This document shows, one piece after another, positions 48,537-61,279 of a DNA stretch of 64,000 bases. Within the stretch, counting starts at the first letter, position 1. Each line of letters begins with the position of its first letter. The stretch covers positions 6,744 through 70,743 of the forward strand of contig NZ_JAPHUF010000021.1 of the NCBI RefSeq assembly GCF_026196735.1, in the 5' to 3' direction. This DNA is from Sulfurimonas sp. (GTDB taxonomy: Bacteria; Campylobacterota; Campylobacteria; Campylobacterales; Sulfurimonadaceae). The translations under genes and the position numbers were made by a program. The notes under the pieces were generated by a model. It was not told the DNA's origin, searched no databases, and worked only from the letters and a program-made list of their open reading frames with translations.

Positions 48537-49604
48537 ATGAAAATAACATTGCAAAAATCTATTATTGAAAACATCTTAGTCCATGCTCAACCGTTCTTAG
48601 AAAAAAAAGATACTTCACAAATTACATCTCATGTATTTTTAGATGTGTCTAATTCTAAATTAACTGTTAAAGCTACAGATTATGAAATAGGCTTTTTAGT
48701 ATCAACAGATAATGTAAATATTATTGGAAATGGTAGTGTTACTGCTAATGGTAAAAAATTATTAGACATTGTAAGAATCTTAAAAGAAGGTGATATTAAT
48801 TTAGAAGTTAAAAATGATATATTATATATTTCTCAAGCTCACTCAAATTTTAAATTACCTACATTTGCTTATAATGAATTTCCAGAATTTCCAACTTATG
48901 AAGGTAAACCTCGTATTTCCATAGATTCTCATTCACTTATAGAGTCTCTAAAAAAAATAACACCTTCAATAGATACCAATAATCCCAAATTTGAATTAAA
49001 TGGTGCTTTGATTGATATTAAACAAGATAGTATAAATTTTGCCTCAACTGATACAAGAAGATTAGCAGTTGTTAATATACCTAATCACAACAGCTCTGAG
49101 TTATCAATAATTGTTCCAAAAAAAGCAATTATTGAAATTCAAAAACTGTTTTTTGATGATATAGAGTTATATTACGATGAAACAAGTCTTATAATACACT
49201 CAAACCAATATACTTTTTTTACAAAACTAATAAACGGTAAATTTCCTGAATATTCTAGAATTATTCCAAAAGAGATAGCAAATAATTTAATATTGCCAAA
49301 AGCAATAATGATAGAATCTCTAAAGCAGATTACAACTATTTCTACAGATGTAAAAATTACTTTTTTAAATGATTTGATTACTTTTGAATCGCTTAGTGAT
49401 GATAATATAGAAGCAAAGACAGAAATTAACTGTCAAACAGGTTTTTCATCTCCTTTTGTTATTGCAATAAATTCTAAATATCTTTTAGATTTTTTAAATA
49501 GTATTAACAGTTCTGAATTTACCATTGGACTAAATGAAGGTAACCTTCCATTTATATTAAGTGATGAAAATTTTAGAACAGTAGTAATGCCAATAGTAAT
49601 ATAA
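48537..49604 (+). CDS. dnaN: DNA polymerase III beta sliding clamp
   Basis: ATDYEIG, ASTDTRRL, KLINGKFPEY and VVMPI motifs; follows dnaA. Confidence 0.96.
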   Translation: MKITLQKSIIENILVHAQPFLEKKDTSQITSHVFLDVSNSKLTVKATDYEIGFLVSTDNVNIIGNGSVTANGKKLLDIVRILKEGDINLEVKNDILYISQAHSNFKLPTFAYNEFPEFPTYEGKPRISIDSHSLIESLKKITPSIDTNNPKFELNGALIDIKQDSINFASTDTRRLAVVNIPNHNSSELSIIVPKKAIIEIQKLFFDDIELYYDETSLIIHSNQYTFFTKLINGKFPEYSRIIPKEIANNLILPKAIMIESLKQITTISTDVKITFLNDLITFESLSDDNIEAKTEINCQTGFSSPFVIAINSKYLLDFLNSINSSEFTIGLNEGNLPFILSDENFRTVVMPIVI

Positions 49605-49710
49605 ATCTTCATTTTTAATTTCTTCTTGATATATAGTTGAGAAGAAAGCCATTTAATAATAAAAACAAATACCAAACCCCGATTAACCGGTTTATAAAAC
49701 TTTCTTTTAG

Positions 49711-52077
<2,367 letters not shown>

Positions 52078-52085
52078 AGATTAAC

Positions 52086-53489
52086 ATGTTACTGCCGGAG
52101 ATAAAAGAGAGGGAGTATCGTTTTAAGTTAGCACTTAGAATGGTACTGCCTATTTTTGCTTTGGTTTTTTCACTTATTCTTCGTGCTTACACTTCAGGTG
52201 ATGATGCAAACGGCAGTCCTCTTGTTATTGAATCGATTTTAATTTTAGCATTTAGTATCTATTTTATATTTTATCTCATATATGAAGGTTTTGATACTAA
52301 GATAACTGATAGTGTTTCAAGCGTTTTTACCAGAGACTATTTTTACAAATATATAAAAAAAGAGTTAAAAAAGTCCAATGAATATACACTTATACTTGTC
52401 AGTGTAGATAATTTAAATGAAATAAACTCCCGCTATGGTATAAAAAATGGTGATAAAGTACTCTTAGAAACTGTTCATTGGATAAGTGAATACTTAAAAC
52501 AAAAACAGATAACTAATTATCCTATTGGGCATATTAAAGCCGGAGATTTTATAATAGGACTTAAAGGTACCAAAAGCGAATATAAAACAATTGTTGAACT
52601 AATGTTTTTAAAATGTGAAGAACTTAAAATAGATGATATTGAAGTAAAAGTATCCGGAGCTATAAATGATATAACTCTCTCAAAAGATATTGATTATCTT
52701 ATTGAAAATCTTTTTGAACTACAAACTAAAACTAAAAACTCTAAATATGTTGGAAATATTGATGATGAGATGGACCCAAGTGAGCTAGAGTCTTATGTTA
52801 TAAATGCAATAAAAAGAAGAGATTTATTAATAAAAACACAGGATGTATTTGAACAAGATTTAGTAGTAATAAAAGAGTGTTCTATTAAATTAAAAACACA
52901 AGACAATAAAATACTTCATCAAAAATCCTATATGAAAGTTTTAGATAAACTTAGACTTATGATGGACTATGATTTAATAGTTTTAGAAAAAATAATAGGT
53001 AAATGTAGTGACTCAAATGAAGAAAGCTTTGCTATATCTATATCACCTACTTCTGTAAGAAATCCACATTTTTTAAGTAGTGTAAGAGAGCTGTTTTCTA
53101 AAAATAAAAATGCTAAAAATAGAATAATATTTTTGTTAAGTGAGAGTGAATATTATCCGAGAATTGAAAGATACAATACAACATTAAAAGAATTAAGAGA
53201 TATTGGAGTTTGTATAGCAATAGACCGATTAGGCTCTATTCACGCAAGTTTTTTATATTTTAGAGATTTGGATATTGATATTGTAAGGTTTGATAGTTAT
53301 TATACTAAAGATATTATCGATAATAAAAACAAAAGCATTATAAATGGTTTTAATGCGATGGCACATCAAAAAGATGTTAAAACATGGATAAGAATGATTG
53401 AAAATAAAGATGTATATAGTATATCTAAAGAGTTAGATATTGATTATTTACAGGGTAAATATTTAGCACAATTAGAAAAAGATAAATAA
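52086..53489 (+). CDS. Membrane-anchored GGDEF-EAL protein with both signature motifs degenerate
   Basis: 2 TM; DNLNEINSRYG..GD GGDEF scaffold but HIKAGDF at the active site; EAL position reads ECS; AIDRLG and YLQG retained. Confidence 0.75.
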   Translation: MLLPEIKEREYRFKLALRMVLPIFALVFSLILRAYTSGDDANGSPLVIESILILAFSIYFIFYLIYEGFDTKITDSVSSVFTRDYFYKYIKKELKKSNEYTLILVSVDNLNEINSRYGIKNGDKVLLETVHWISEYLKQKQITNYPIGHIKAGDFIIGLKGTKSEYKTIVELMFLKCEELKIDDIEVKVSGAINDITLSKDIDYLIENLFELQTKTKNSKYVGNIDDEMDPSELESYVINAIKRRDLLIKTQDVFEQDLVVIKECSIKLKTQDNKILHQKSYMKVLDKLRLMMDYDLIVLEKIIGKCSDSNEESFAISISPTSVRNPHFLSSVRELFSKNKNAKNRIIFLLSESEYYPRIERYNTTLKELRDIGVCIAIDRLGSIHASFLYFRDLDIDIVRFDSYYTKDIIDNKNKSIINGFNAMAHQKDVKTWIRMIENKDVYSISKELDIDYLQGKYLAQLEKDK

Positions 53490-53504
53490 GTTTAAGGACC
53501 AATA

Positions 53505-53888
53505 ATGAAATATGGGGAAAAAATAGTTAGTGAGTTTGATGTAGACAAAGATTTGGAAATTTGGCCAAATGAGCATAAAAGAGATTATCTTATAAAGATG
53601 ACACTTCCAGAATTTTCATGTCTTTGTCCTAGAAGCGGGTATCCTGATTATGCAACTATATATTTAGAATACACACCTGATGAGTGGGTAGTAGAGTTAA
53701 AAGCAATCAAATTATATATTAACTCATTTAGAGATAAGCATGTATCTCACGAAAACTCTGCAAATGAGATTTATGAACTATTGGAGAAAAAATTAAAACC
53801 AAAATATATGAAAATTGTAGCTGATTATAACCCTCGTGGAAATGTTCACACCGTTATAGAGATAGACAGCTCAAGAATGAGTAAGTAA
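53505..53888 (+). CDS. queF: PreQ0 reductase (7-cyano-7-deazaguanine reductase)
   Basis: EFSCLCPRSGYPD, VELKAIKLY, SHE and NPRG motifs. Confidence 0.93.
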   Translation: MKYGEKIVSEFDVDKDLEIWPNEHKRDYLIKMTLPEFSCLCPRSGYPDYATIYLEYTPDEWVVELKAIKLYINSFRDKHVSHENSANEIYELLEKKLKPKYMKIVADYNPRGNVHTVIEIDSSRMSK

Positions 53889-55112
53889 ATACTTTTTTAA
53901 CCATTTAACGGCCATCTCACGGCTGTTAAATTCACTCTTCATTTGAGCTTCGTAAGCTAAGTTTAAAATCTCAGAAAATTTAGGTGATGGCTCAAGATCG
54001 CAAGCTAAAATATCTTTACCTTTTAGAAGAGGAGCTAGCTTTTTATCTAATACATGTAACTCCAATGCTCTTTTGCGAACTGCGTCACCTGCTTCATATA
54101 TATTAGAGCCACTCTTTGTAGAGTGAATAGCTTTAGCTAAAATTAAAAGCTCCTCTATTTTCACCTTTGAAGAGAGTTTATAAAGTGAATAATCATCAAG
54201 CCCGTCAAAATATATTTTATTTATATTATCGTGGTTCATAACTAAAGGTAAAACCCTTTTAAGCACTTCCTTTTCATCGCTTAGTTTTAATATAAATTTT
54301 TCTGTTGAAGTCTCATCAAAGTCATAACATAAAGCAGCTAACATTAAAACAATGTTTGTGTTTGTATCACTTGTCAGTTGAGAAGTTATTTCATCAAGTA
54401 CATGTATATTTTTAGTATATATGTCGCTGCCAAATTTTTTTAAAAGCTCAAATCCGATAGATGGTTTTTTTGATTTTAAAAGTAGTTTTTTTATCTCTTC
54501 GAATATTCTCTCTTTAGCAAGCTCTTTTAACATACCTTTTTGTACCATCTCTTTACATAAAACAGCCAGTTCTTTATCTATTTTAAGCTCAAACCTAGCG
54601 TAAAACTGGGCAGCTCTAAAGACTCTTAGGGGGTCTTGTATAAAAGTATTTTTATCTACCGCGCGAAGAGTTTTGTTTTTTAAATCATCTATGCCGCCAA
54701 AAGGATCTAGGAATTTTTTCTCTTTTACATCATACCCTATAGCATTGATTGTAAAATCTCGTCTTGATGCTGCTGTTTTAAAGTCTAGATTTGGGTTGAT
54801 TTTTACATCAAAACCAGTGTGACCGGATGATATCTTTGAGTCCACTCTTGGAAGTGAAAAATCTAAATCATAATCAGCATATTGCAATTTGCATACGCCA
54901 AAACTCTTTCCAACACTATTTACATCACCAAACTTTTGTAAAATATTTTCCAACTCCACAAATGAAGAGATGCCATATACTTCGATATCGATATCCTTTG
55001 AGTCAATGCCCAGTAGTTTATCTCTAACAAAACCACCAACAAGAATAGCAGTAGCTTTATGTTCACTCAGTTTATTAAATATTATATTTAATTGCTCGGG
55101 ATAATCAATCAT
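53871..55112 (-). CDS. cca: CCA tRNA nucleotidyltransferase
   Basis: VGGFVRD, DIDIE, RRDFTINA and DPLRVFR motifs. Confidence 0.9.
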   Translation of the reverse strand: MIDYPEQLNIIFNKLSEHKATAILVGGFVRDKLLGIDSKDIDIEVYGISSFVELENILQKFGDVNSVGKSFGVCKLQYADYDLDFSLPRVDSKISSGHTGFDVKINPNLDFKTAASRRDFTINAIGYDVKEKKFLDPFGGIDDLKNKTLRAVDKNTFIQDPLRVFRAAQFYARFELKIDKELAVLCKEMVQKGMLKELAKERIFEEIKKLLLKSKKPSIGFELLKKFGSDIYTKNIHVLDEITSQLTSDTNTNIVLMLAALCYDFDETSTEKFILKLSDEKEVLKRVLPLVMNHDNINKIYFDGLDDYSLYKLSSKVKIEELLILAKAIHSTKSGSNIYEAGDAVRKRALELHVLDKKLAPLLKGKDILACDLEPSPKFSEILNLAYEAQMKSEFNSREMAVKWLKKYLLTHS

Positions 55113-55275
55113 TTCTTTACTTTATAACCAGATATATAATTTAACTACAAGTATATCATTACTTTTACTTCTATATAACATTTAATTGGGTATAATCGCG
55201 AAAAATTTTCCCATTTTAAGGAAGTACTTATTTAGTTCTTCCTTAAAGTTAGGGAAGCATCTTTGGAGAAAATTT

Positions 55276-57078
55276 ATGCAAAAGATTAGAAATATTGCCG
55301 TTATCGCACACGTTGACCACGGTAAAACTACATTGGTTGATGGGTTGTTAGAGCAGTCTGGGACATATGGCGCTCATGAGCAACACGACGAAAGAGCAAT
55401 GGATAGCAATGATTTAGAAAAAGAGCGTGGAATCACGATTCTTTCTAAAAATACAGCGATTCGTTATAAGGACCATAAGATTAATATTATTGACACTCCG
55501 GGTCACGCTGATTTCGGTGGTGAAGTTGAGCGTGTTTTAAAGATGGTTGATGGTGTATTGGTACTTGTTGATGCCTACGAAGGTGTTATGCCTCAAACAA
55601 AGTTTGTTGTTAAAAAGATGCTTGCACTTGGTAAAAAACCAATCGTTGTAATCAACAAGATTGATAAACCTTCCGCTGATCCAGAGCGTGTTGTTGATGA
55701 GATGTTTGATCTTTTTGCTGCAATGGGTGCTACTGATGATCAACAAGATTTCCCGGTTATCTATGCTGCTGCTCGTGATGGTATGGCTAAAATGGACATG
55801 AGTGATCCTGATGGAGACTTTCAGTGTATTTTTGATGCTATTTTAGAGCATGTTCCTGAGCCAGAGGGCGATAGAGAAAACCATACTCAAGCACAAGTAT
55901 TTACGCTTGATTATGATAACTATGTCGGTAAGATAGGTATTTCTCGTATCTTCAACGGTACAGTAAAAAAAGGTGACAATATCATGCTTGCAAAAGCTGA
56001 TGGTGAGTTAGTTAAGGGTAAAATTTCTAAACTTATTGGTTTTCTTGGTCTTAACCGTATGGAAATTCAAGAGGCTGAAGCTGGAGATATTGTTGCATTT
56101 GCAGGAATGGAAACTGTTGATGTTGGTGATACTATCTGTGATCCGCTTAATCCAATGCCACTTGACCCTATGCACATCGAAGAGCCGACTTTAACGGTTG
56201 TTTTTGCTGTTAATGATTCTCCTTTAGCCGGTAAAGAGGGTAAACATGTAACAAGTAACAAACTTAGAGAGAGACTTGAGTTTGAAATGAATACAAATGT
56301 TGCGATGAAGCTTGAAGTTGTCGGTGAGGGTAAATTTAAAGTATCTGGTCGTGGTGAGCTTCAGATTACTGTTCTTGCAGAAAATATGCGTCGTGAAGAC
56401 TTTGAGTTTAGTATCTCTCGCCCGGAAGTAATCGTTAAAGAGATAGACGGTGTTAAATGTGAGCCATTTGAACACTTGGTTATTGATGTTCCTGAAGAGT
56501 TATCAGGTGGTGTTATTGAGCGTCTTGGTAAAAGAAAAGCTGAGATGAAATCAATGTTACCGATGGGTCAAGGTTTCCAAAGAATAGAGTTTGAAATCCC
56601 AGCTCGTGCACTTATTGGTTTTCGTGGACAATTTTTAACGGACACTAAAGGTGAAGGTATTATGAATCACTCTTTTATGGATTTCCGTCCATATACCGGT
56701 AGTGTTGAATCAAGATCTTACGGTGCTTTAATCTCCATGACTGCTGGTTCTACTTTAGCGTTTTCTCTATTTGGTATTCAAGACCGCGGTGTACTTTTCA
56801 TTGGCGTTCAAACTGAAGTTTATGAAGGTATGATTATCGGTGAGCATTCACGCTCAAACGATTTGGTTGTTAACCCTATTAAAGGTAAAGCTCAATCAAA
56901 TGTTCGTAGTTCTGGTGCTGATGAGGCAATTAAACTTGTTCCGCCTCGTGACATGTCATTAGAGCGTGCTCTAGAGTGGATTGAAGATGATGAACTTCTT
57001 GAAGTAACTCCTAAAGCTGTTCGTATTCGTAAAAAATTCTTAACTGAAAACGAAAGAAAACGAAACTCTCGCAAATAA
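55276..57078 (+). CDS. typA: Translational GTPase TypA/BipA
   Basis: [24 protein letters not shown] and [10 protein letters not shown] motifs; start placed at MQKIRN (55276). Confidence 0.97.
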   Translation: MQKIRNIAVIAHVDHGKTTLVDGLLEQSGTYGAHEQHDERAMDSNDLEKERGITILSKNTAIRYKDHKINIIDTPGHADFGGEVERVLKMVDGVLVLVDAYEGVMPQTKFVVKKMLALGKKPIVVINKIDKPSADPERVVDEMFDLFAAMGATDDQQDFPVIYAAARDGMAKMDMSDPDGDFQCIFDAILEHVPEPEGDRENHTQAQVFTLDYDNYVGKIGISRIFNGTVKKGDNIMLAKADGELVKGKISKLIGFLGLNRMEIQEAEAGDIVAFAGMETVDVGDTICDPLNPMPLDPMHIEEPTLTVVFAVNDSPLAGKEGKHVTSNKLRERLEFEMNTNVAMKLEVVGEGKFKVSGRGELQITVLAENMRREDFEFSISRPEVIVKEIDGVKCEPFEHLVIDVPEELSGGVIERLGKRKAEMKSMLPMGQGFQRIEFEIPARALIGFRGQFLTDTKGEGIMNHSFMDFRPYTGSVESRSYGALISMTAGSTLAFSLFGIQDRGVLFIGVQTEVYEGMIIGEHSRSNDLVVNPIKGKAQSNVRSSGADEAIKLVPPRDMSLERALEWIEDDELLEVTPKAVRIRKKFLTENERKRNSRK

Positions 57079-57084
57079 TTCTTA

Positions 57085-57110
57085 TTCACGCATGCTTAGG
57101 TATGTGTGAA
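57085..57110 (+). terminator. Hairpin after typA
   Basis: TTCACGCATGC-TTAG-GTATGTGTGAA 11-bp stem with G-U pairs. Confidence 0.55.
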
Positions 57111-57184
57111 ATATCTTCTTTAAATATAGAATCCTTATTTTAAAATTATGTTATACTGTTAATAAATAATCATAAGGATTAATT

Positions 57185-57445
57185 ATGGATGGATTTTTGT
57201 ATCCTGTTTCATTACTTGTTGTTGCTCTATTGGTTTTTTCTTTTTATAGAACTCACAACAATATTCTTGCACTTATTGTTTTATTTGTTGGCATTTACAT
57301 TGTTTACACTCATGAAACAGGCAGCACCGCGACAGACTGGAAAAATGATATAGTTGAGTCTGTGGATAAATCAGTTGGAAAGTATAACTCAGAGCGCGGA
57401 ATAAGCAAGTATGACGAGAAAAAGTTAAAAGAAGAAATTAAATAA
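57185..57445 (+). CDS. Hypothetical small membrane protein
   Basis: 86 aa, two N-terminal hydrophobic helices, AAGGA SD. Confidence 0.7.
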   Translation: MDGFLYPVSLLVVALLVFSFYRTHNNILALIVLFVGIYIVYTHETGSTATDWKNDIVESVDKSVGKYNSERGISKYDEKKLKEEIK

Positions 57446-57454
57446 CTCCACTCT

Positions 57455-58381
57455 TTAAAATCTTTTTGTATATCCGTGACAATAGGGTTTTGAACCTTTT
57501 TTAGTATAATATTTTTGATGGTCTTCATCTGCTTTGTAAAACTCTCGTTTTGGAAGTATTTGCGTAGCCACTTTGTAACCATTCGCCTCAAGCTGACTTA
57601 TTAATTCGCGTACAGTATTTGTCTCATTTTCATTATTGGTAAATACCGCAGATAAGTATTGCGGACCTATATCTGGACCTTGACCATTAGTCTGAGTCGG
57701 GTCATGAATCTCAAAAAATGTCCGTGCAAGTTGTTTAAAAGAGACTTTACTTGGATCATAAATAACTTCAACGGTTTCAAGATGTCCGGTATCTGTTCTT
57801 ACAACTTCATAGTAGCTAGGATTTTTTACATGTCCGCCCATAAAACCCGACCAAACATCTTTAACGCCGTCAAGTTGTCTTAGGTAATACTCTACACCCC
57901 AAAAACAGCCACCTGCAAAATATGCGCGTGATAGTTTGTCATCCACTATATCAGGTTTTTTTTCTAGTTTTAATGAAATAGAGTTTACACAATGTCTAGT
58001 GTTTTTTGGTGTAAAACCCTCTCCTTCAAAAACATGACCTAGATGACCTCCGCATGTGGCACATACAATCTCCACTCGTCTACCGTCTGCATCAGGAACT
58101 CTTTTAACTGCTCCGGGGATTGTGTCATCAAAACTTGGCCATCCGCAAGATGAGTTGAACTTGTCCGATGAATCATAAAGTGGTGTCCCACACAGTTTAC
58201 ATGTATAAATGCCACTAGATTTTTCGTCAGTGTATTTGCCTGTAAAAGGTCTCTCTGTGCCTTTATTGATTATTACATACTTCTCTTCATCACTCAGTTG
58301 TTCTATTTTCCCAGCCCAAGGCTTTAAGTCCATTGCATTCATTGTTAATATTGTCAGCATGATAAGTAAAATATACTTCAT
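57455..58381 (-). CDS. msrB: Exported bifunctional methionine sulfoxide reductase, MsrB-MsrA order
   Basis: Signal peptide; GTERPF, CGWPSF and RHCVNS (MsrB); GGCFWG and QYLSA (MsrA). Confidence 0.93.
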   Translation of the reverse strand: MKYILLIMLTILTMNAMDLKPWAGKIEQLSDEEKYVIINKGTERPFTGKYTDEKSSGIYTCKLCGTPLYDSSDKFNSSCGWPSFDDTIPGAVKRVPDADGRRVEIVCATCGGHLGHVFEGEGFTPKNTRHCVNSISLKLEKKPDIVDDKLSRAYFAGGCFWGVEYYLRQLDGVKDVWSGFMGGHVKNPSYYEVVRTDTGHLETVEVIYDPSKVSFKQLARTFFEIHDPTQTNGQGPDIGPQYLSAVFTNNENETNTVRELISQLEANGYKVATQILPKREFYKADEDHQKYYTKKGSKPYCHGYTKRF

Positions 58382-58485
58382 ACTTTCTCCTTTGTATTAT
58401 ATTCGTATTATAGAGAATGAAATTTTATACAAGGAGTGTGTATTGTATGTGCAGTAATTTTATAAAGTTAGTTTTATATTAGAGA

Positions 58486-59580
58486 TTAATCCTTATCATG
58501 AAGTATTTTATCGAGTATTTCAAATACTTCATCGCTGCCTTTTTCCATTTCACAAAAAGCTTTGACTAATGCATCAATATCTACATTTTCTTCAACCATC
58601 AACTCAAAGACTTTATGTGTACCGTTATGTACAACAGCATGAGGAGCTTCAAGTTTTGCATAATTTGGAGTATTTGAGAAGTTGGCTTTCCCCTCACCTG
58701 AATCGTACCATTTACCTAAACGACAATTATGGTGATCAACAAACTTGAACTGCTCTTCTTTTGTAGATGCTGAATAGTAAGTATTTACTTTCCATAATAC
58801 ATGATCGAGTTTAGCAAGTGACATAAAAACTCTATCTGCAGTAAAATGCATACTTAAAAAAGAGTCTTTCATCTCAGATGAATCATGTTCTAAACAAGAG
58901 TTTAATTCGCTGATTAAGCTATTTGAATCTGTAATACCATTTTGTATCTCTTTAAATTGATCAGACATACTATTTACATCTTGTTTCATTGATTGAAGTG
59001 AAATATTTATTTCACTTACAGCTTTGTCTGTTCTATCTGCAAGCTTTCTTACTTCATCGGCAACAACGGCAAAACCGCGACCGTGCTCACCTGCTCTTGC
59101 TGCTTCAATAGCCGCATTTAAAGCAAGTAGATTAGTCTGGTCACTAATATCTTTTATAAGCGATAAAATACTTGTAATTTCATTTGTTCTCTCAGATAGA
59201 CCGTGTACCGTTGAGACAGAATCATTGGAGAGTTCGTTTAGGTTATCAAGATTTGATACAATAGCTGTTGTTTTATCTGTAATTCTCTCAATGCTGGCAA
59301 CTAATTCATCTGTTTTATCTAAACTATTTTTAGATGCACTTACCGACTCAGCCATGTTGCTCTGAATATCTATGATATTTGTTTTAAGATGCTCGTTTTG
59401 CATTTTCATAAGGATATCTGCAGCACCCTCAACCTCTTGAGTAGAACTCTCAGACTCTGTTGTTTCAAGCTCACTAATTTTCTTGTGAAGCTCTTGATTT
59501 TCTATAACTAACCGCTCATTATGTGCCTTTAGTTCGTCGAATTCATCTTTTGATATTGGAAATTTACTAAAGAAGCTCAT
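58486..59580 (-). CDS. Soluble methyl-accepting chemotaxis protein with C-terminal CZB zinc-binding domain
   Basis: [31 protein letters not shown]; [16 protein letters not shown] and HAVVH CZB motifs; no TM. Confidence 0.92.
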   Translation of the reverse strand: MSFFSKFPISKDEFDELKAHNERLVIENQELHKKISELETTESESSTQEVEGAADILMKMQNEHLKTNIIDIQSNMAESVSASKNSLDKTDELVASIERITDKTTAIVSNLDNLNELSNDSVSTVHGLSERTNEITSILSLIKDISDQTNLLALNAAIEAARAGEHGRGFAVVADEVRKLADRTDKAVSEINISLQSMKQDVNSMSDQFKEIQNGITDSNSLISELNSCLEHDSSEMKDSFLSMHFTADRVFMSLAKLDHVLWKVNTYYSASTKEEQFKFVDHHNCRLGKWYDSGEGKANFSNTPNYAKLEAPHAVVHNGTHKVFELMVEENVDIDALVKAFCEMEKGSDEVFEILDKILHDKD

Positions 59581-59698
59581 AACTCCCCTTTTAAGTCAGT
59601 TAATATTATCTGACTATTGTAGCAAATTATTTATAAATTTATGTAATTAAAATATTCATAAAGATATAATCGACAATTAAAAAGTTTTGGAGTAGATT

Positions 59699-60721
59699 AT
59701 GAACAGAAAAAAGATATACAATCCAGAGTCAAAAGAAAATGTTAACGACAGAAAAGTCTTTGGCGGTAATCCAACAGGTATTTTCGAATTAAATAATATT
59801 AAATATCAATGGGCATATAATCTTTGGGAAGTAATGCTAAATAATACTTGGTTTCCAAAAGAAGTTGATATGACTCGTGATGTAAATGACTACAAAAATA
59901 TTACACAATCTGAAAAAGATGCTTATGACAAAGCACTTTCACAGTTAATCTTTATGGATTCACTTCAAACAAACAATCTTATAGATAATGTTAACCCTTA
60001 TGTTACGGCTGCTGAGATAAATCTAATCTTGGTTCGTCAGTCTTTTGAAGAGGCTCTTCACTCACAATCTTATGCCGTAATGGTTGACAGTATCTCAACC
60101 AACTCTGAAGAAATTTATGATCTTTGGCGTACAGATATGATGTTAAAGACAAAAAATGATGCAATCTTTCGTACATATGATGAACTTTCTAAAAATCCGA
60201 CTGAACATAACTTTGTAAAAGCTTGTTTTGCAAATCAAATTTTAGAAGGTATCTATTTTTACAGTGGTTTTGCATATATCTACACGCTTGCTCGTTCTGG
60301 TAAAATGCTTGGTTCTGCTCAGATGATTAGATTTATTCAAAGAGATGAAGTGACACATCTAATTCTCTTTAAAAACCTTATAAACACTCTTAGAAAAGAG
60401 AGACCAGACTTATTTACAGATAAGTTAAAAGAAGAAGTTATAGCAATGTTTAAAGAAGCTGTTGAACTTGAGATACAATGGGGCAAATATATTACTCAGG
60501 GGCAGATTTTAGGTCTTACTGACGATATAGTTGAGCAGTATATCCAATATCTTGCAGATGACCGTCTTACATCAGTCGGTTTTGAAAAACTTTATAATGT
60601 AACAAATCCAATAAAGTGGGTTGATGACTTTTCAAAATTTAATGATCAAAAGACTAACTTTTTTGAAGGAACAGTTGCTAACTACTCAAAAGGAAGCCTT
60701 AGCTTTGATGATGATTTTTAG
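59699..60721 (+). CDS. nrdB: Class Ia ribonucleotide reductase beta subunit
   Basis: [31 protein letters not shown] and NFFE motifs. Confidence 0.96.
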   Translation: MNRKKIYNPESKENVNDRKVFGGNPTGIFELNNIKYQWAYNLWEVMLNNTWFPKEVDMTRDVNDYKNITQSEKDAYDKALSQLIFMDSLQTNNLIDNVNPYVTAAEINLILVRQSFEEALHSQSYAVMVDSISTNSEEIYDLWRTDMMLKTKNDAIFRTYDELSKNPTEHNFVKACFANQILEGIYFYSGFAYIYTLARSGKMLGSAQMIRFIQRDEVTHLILFKNLINTLRKERPDLFTDKLKEEVIAMFKEAVELEIQWGKYITQGQILGLTDDIVEQYIQYLADDRLTSVGFEKLYNVTNPIKWVDDFSKFNDQKTNFFEGTVANYSKGSLSFDDDF

Positions 60722-60791
60722 AGATGATGCCTGATATTCAAGAAAAAGCGCGACCAATTTTGAAAAAAATAACAAAACTAGGAAAACAATT

Positions 60792-61241
60792 ATGAAATAT
60801 ATGCTATTAATGCTATTAGTTCTGTCTGGAGTCACTCAAGCAAAAGAGTACAAGGCCGTTTTTGACTGTAGCTCAAAAAACAGCGGTTATGTTGCAAGTC
60901 GTATGTTTTTGATTGAAAGAACAATCGATATGATAGAAAAAAATGGAGATAGTGCTAAATTCGTTCTGACTATTCACGGCAGTTGTGCTCCAATCGTATC
61001 AAGAAACTTTGATGAAGTTATAACTGATGATAGTGACCTTGATAATATTCAAAAAGCTCAAACCCAACTTGCGAGGCTAGCAAATAAAAAAGATGTTGAA
61101 GTTGTTGTTTGTGCTATGAGTCTAAATGCTAACACAATTGAAGAAGAAGATGTACTTCCATTTGTGAAAATATCCAAAAACAGTTTCATAGAGACTATTG
61201 GATACCAAAATGACGGTTATGCACTAATGACATTTAAATAA
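60792..61241 (+). CDS. DsrE-family exported protein
   Basis: Signal peptide; AVFD, TIHG and VVVCAMS segments; GYALM C-terminus. Confidence 0.7.
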   Translation: MKYMLLMLLVLSGVTQAKEYKAVFDCSSKNSGYVASRMFLIERTIDMIEKNGDSAKFVLTIHGSCAPIVSRNFDEVITDDSDLDNIQKAQTQLARLANKKDVEVVVCAMSLNANTIEEEDVLPFVKISKNSFIETIGYQNDGYALMTFK

Positions 61242-61279
61242 GGATATAATAATAAATTAAATTCTTATCGGAGAACATT

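Noticed and set aside
53490-53504. PreQ1 riboswitch upstream of queF
   Set aside because: The spacer is only 15 nt and has no aptamer motif.
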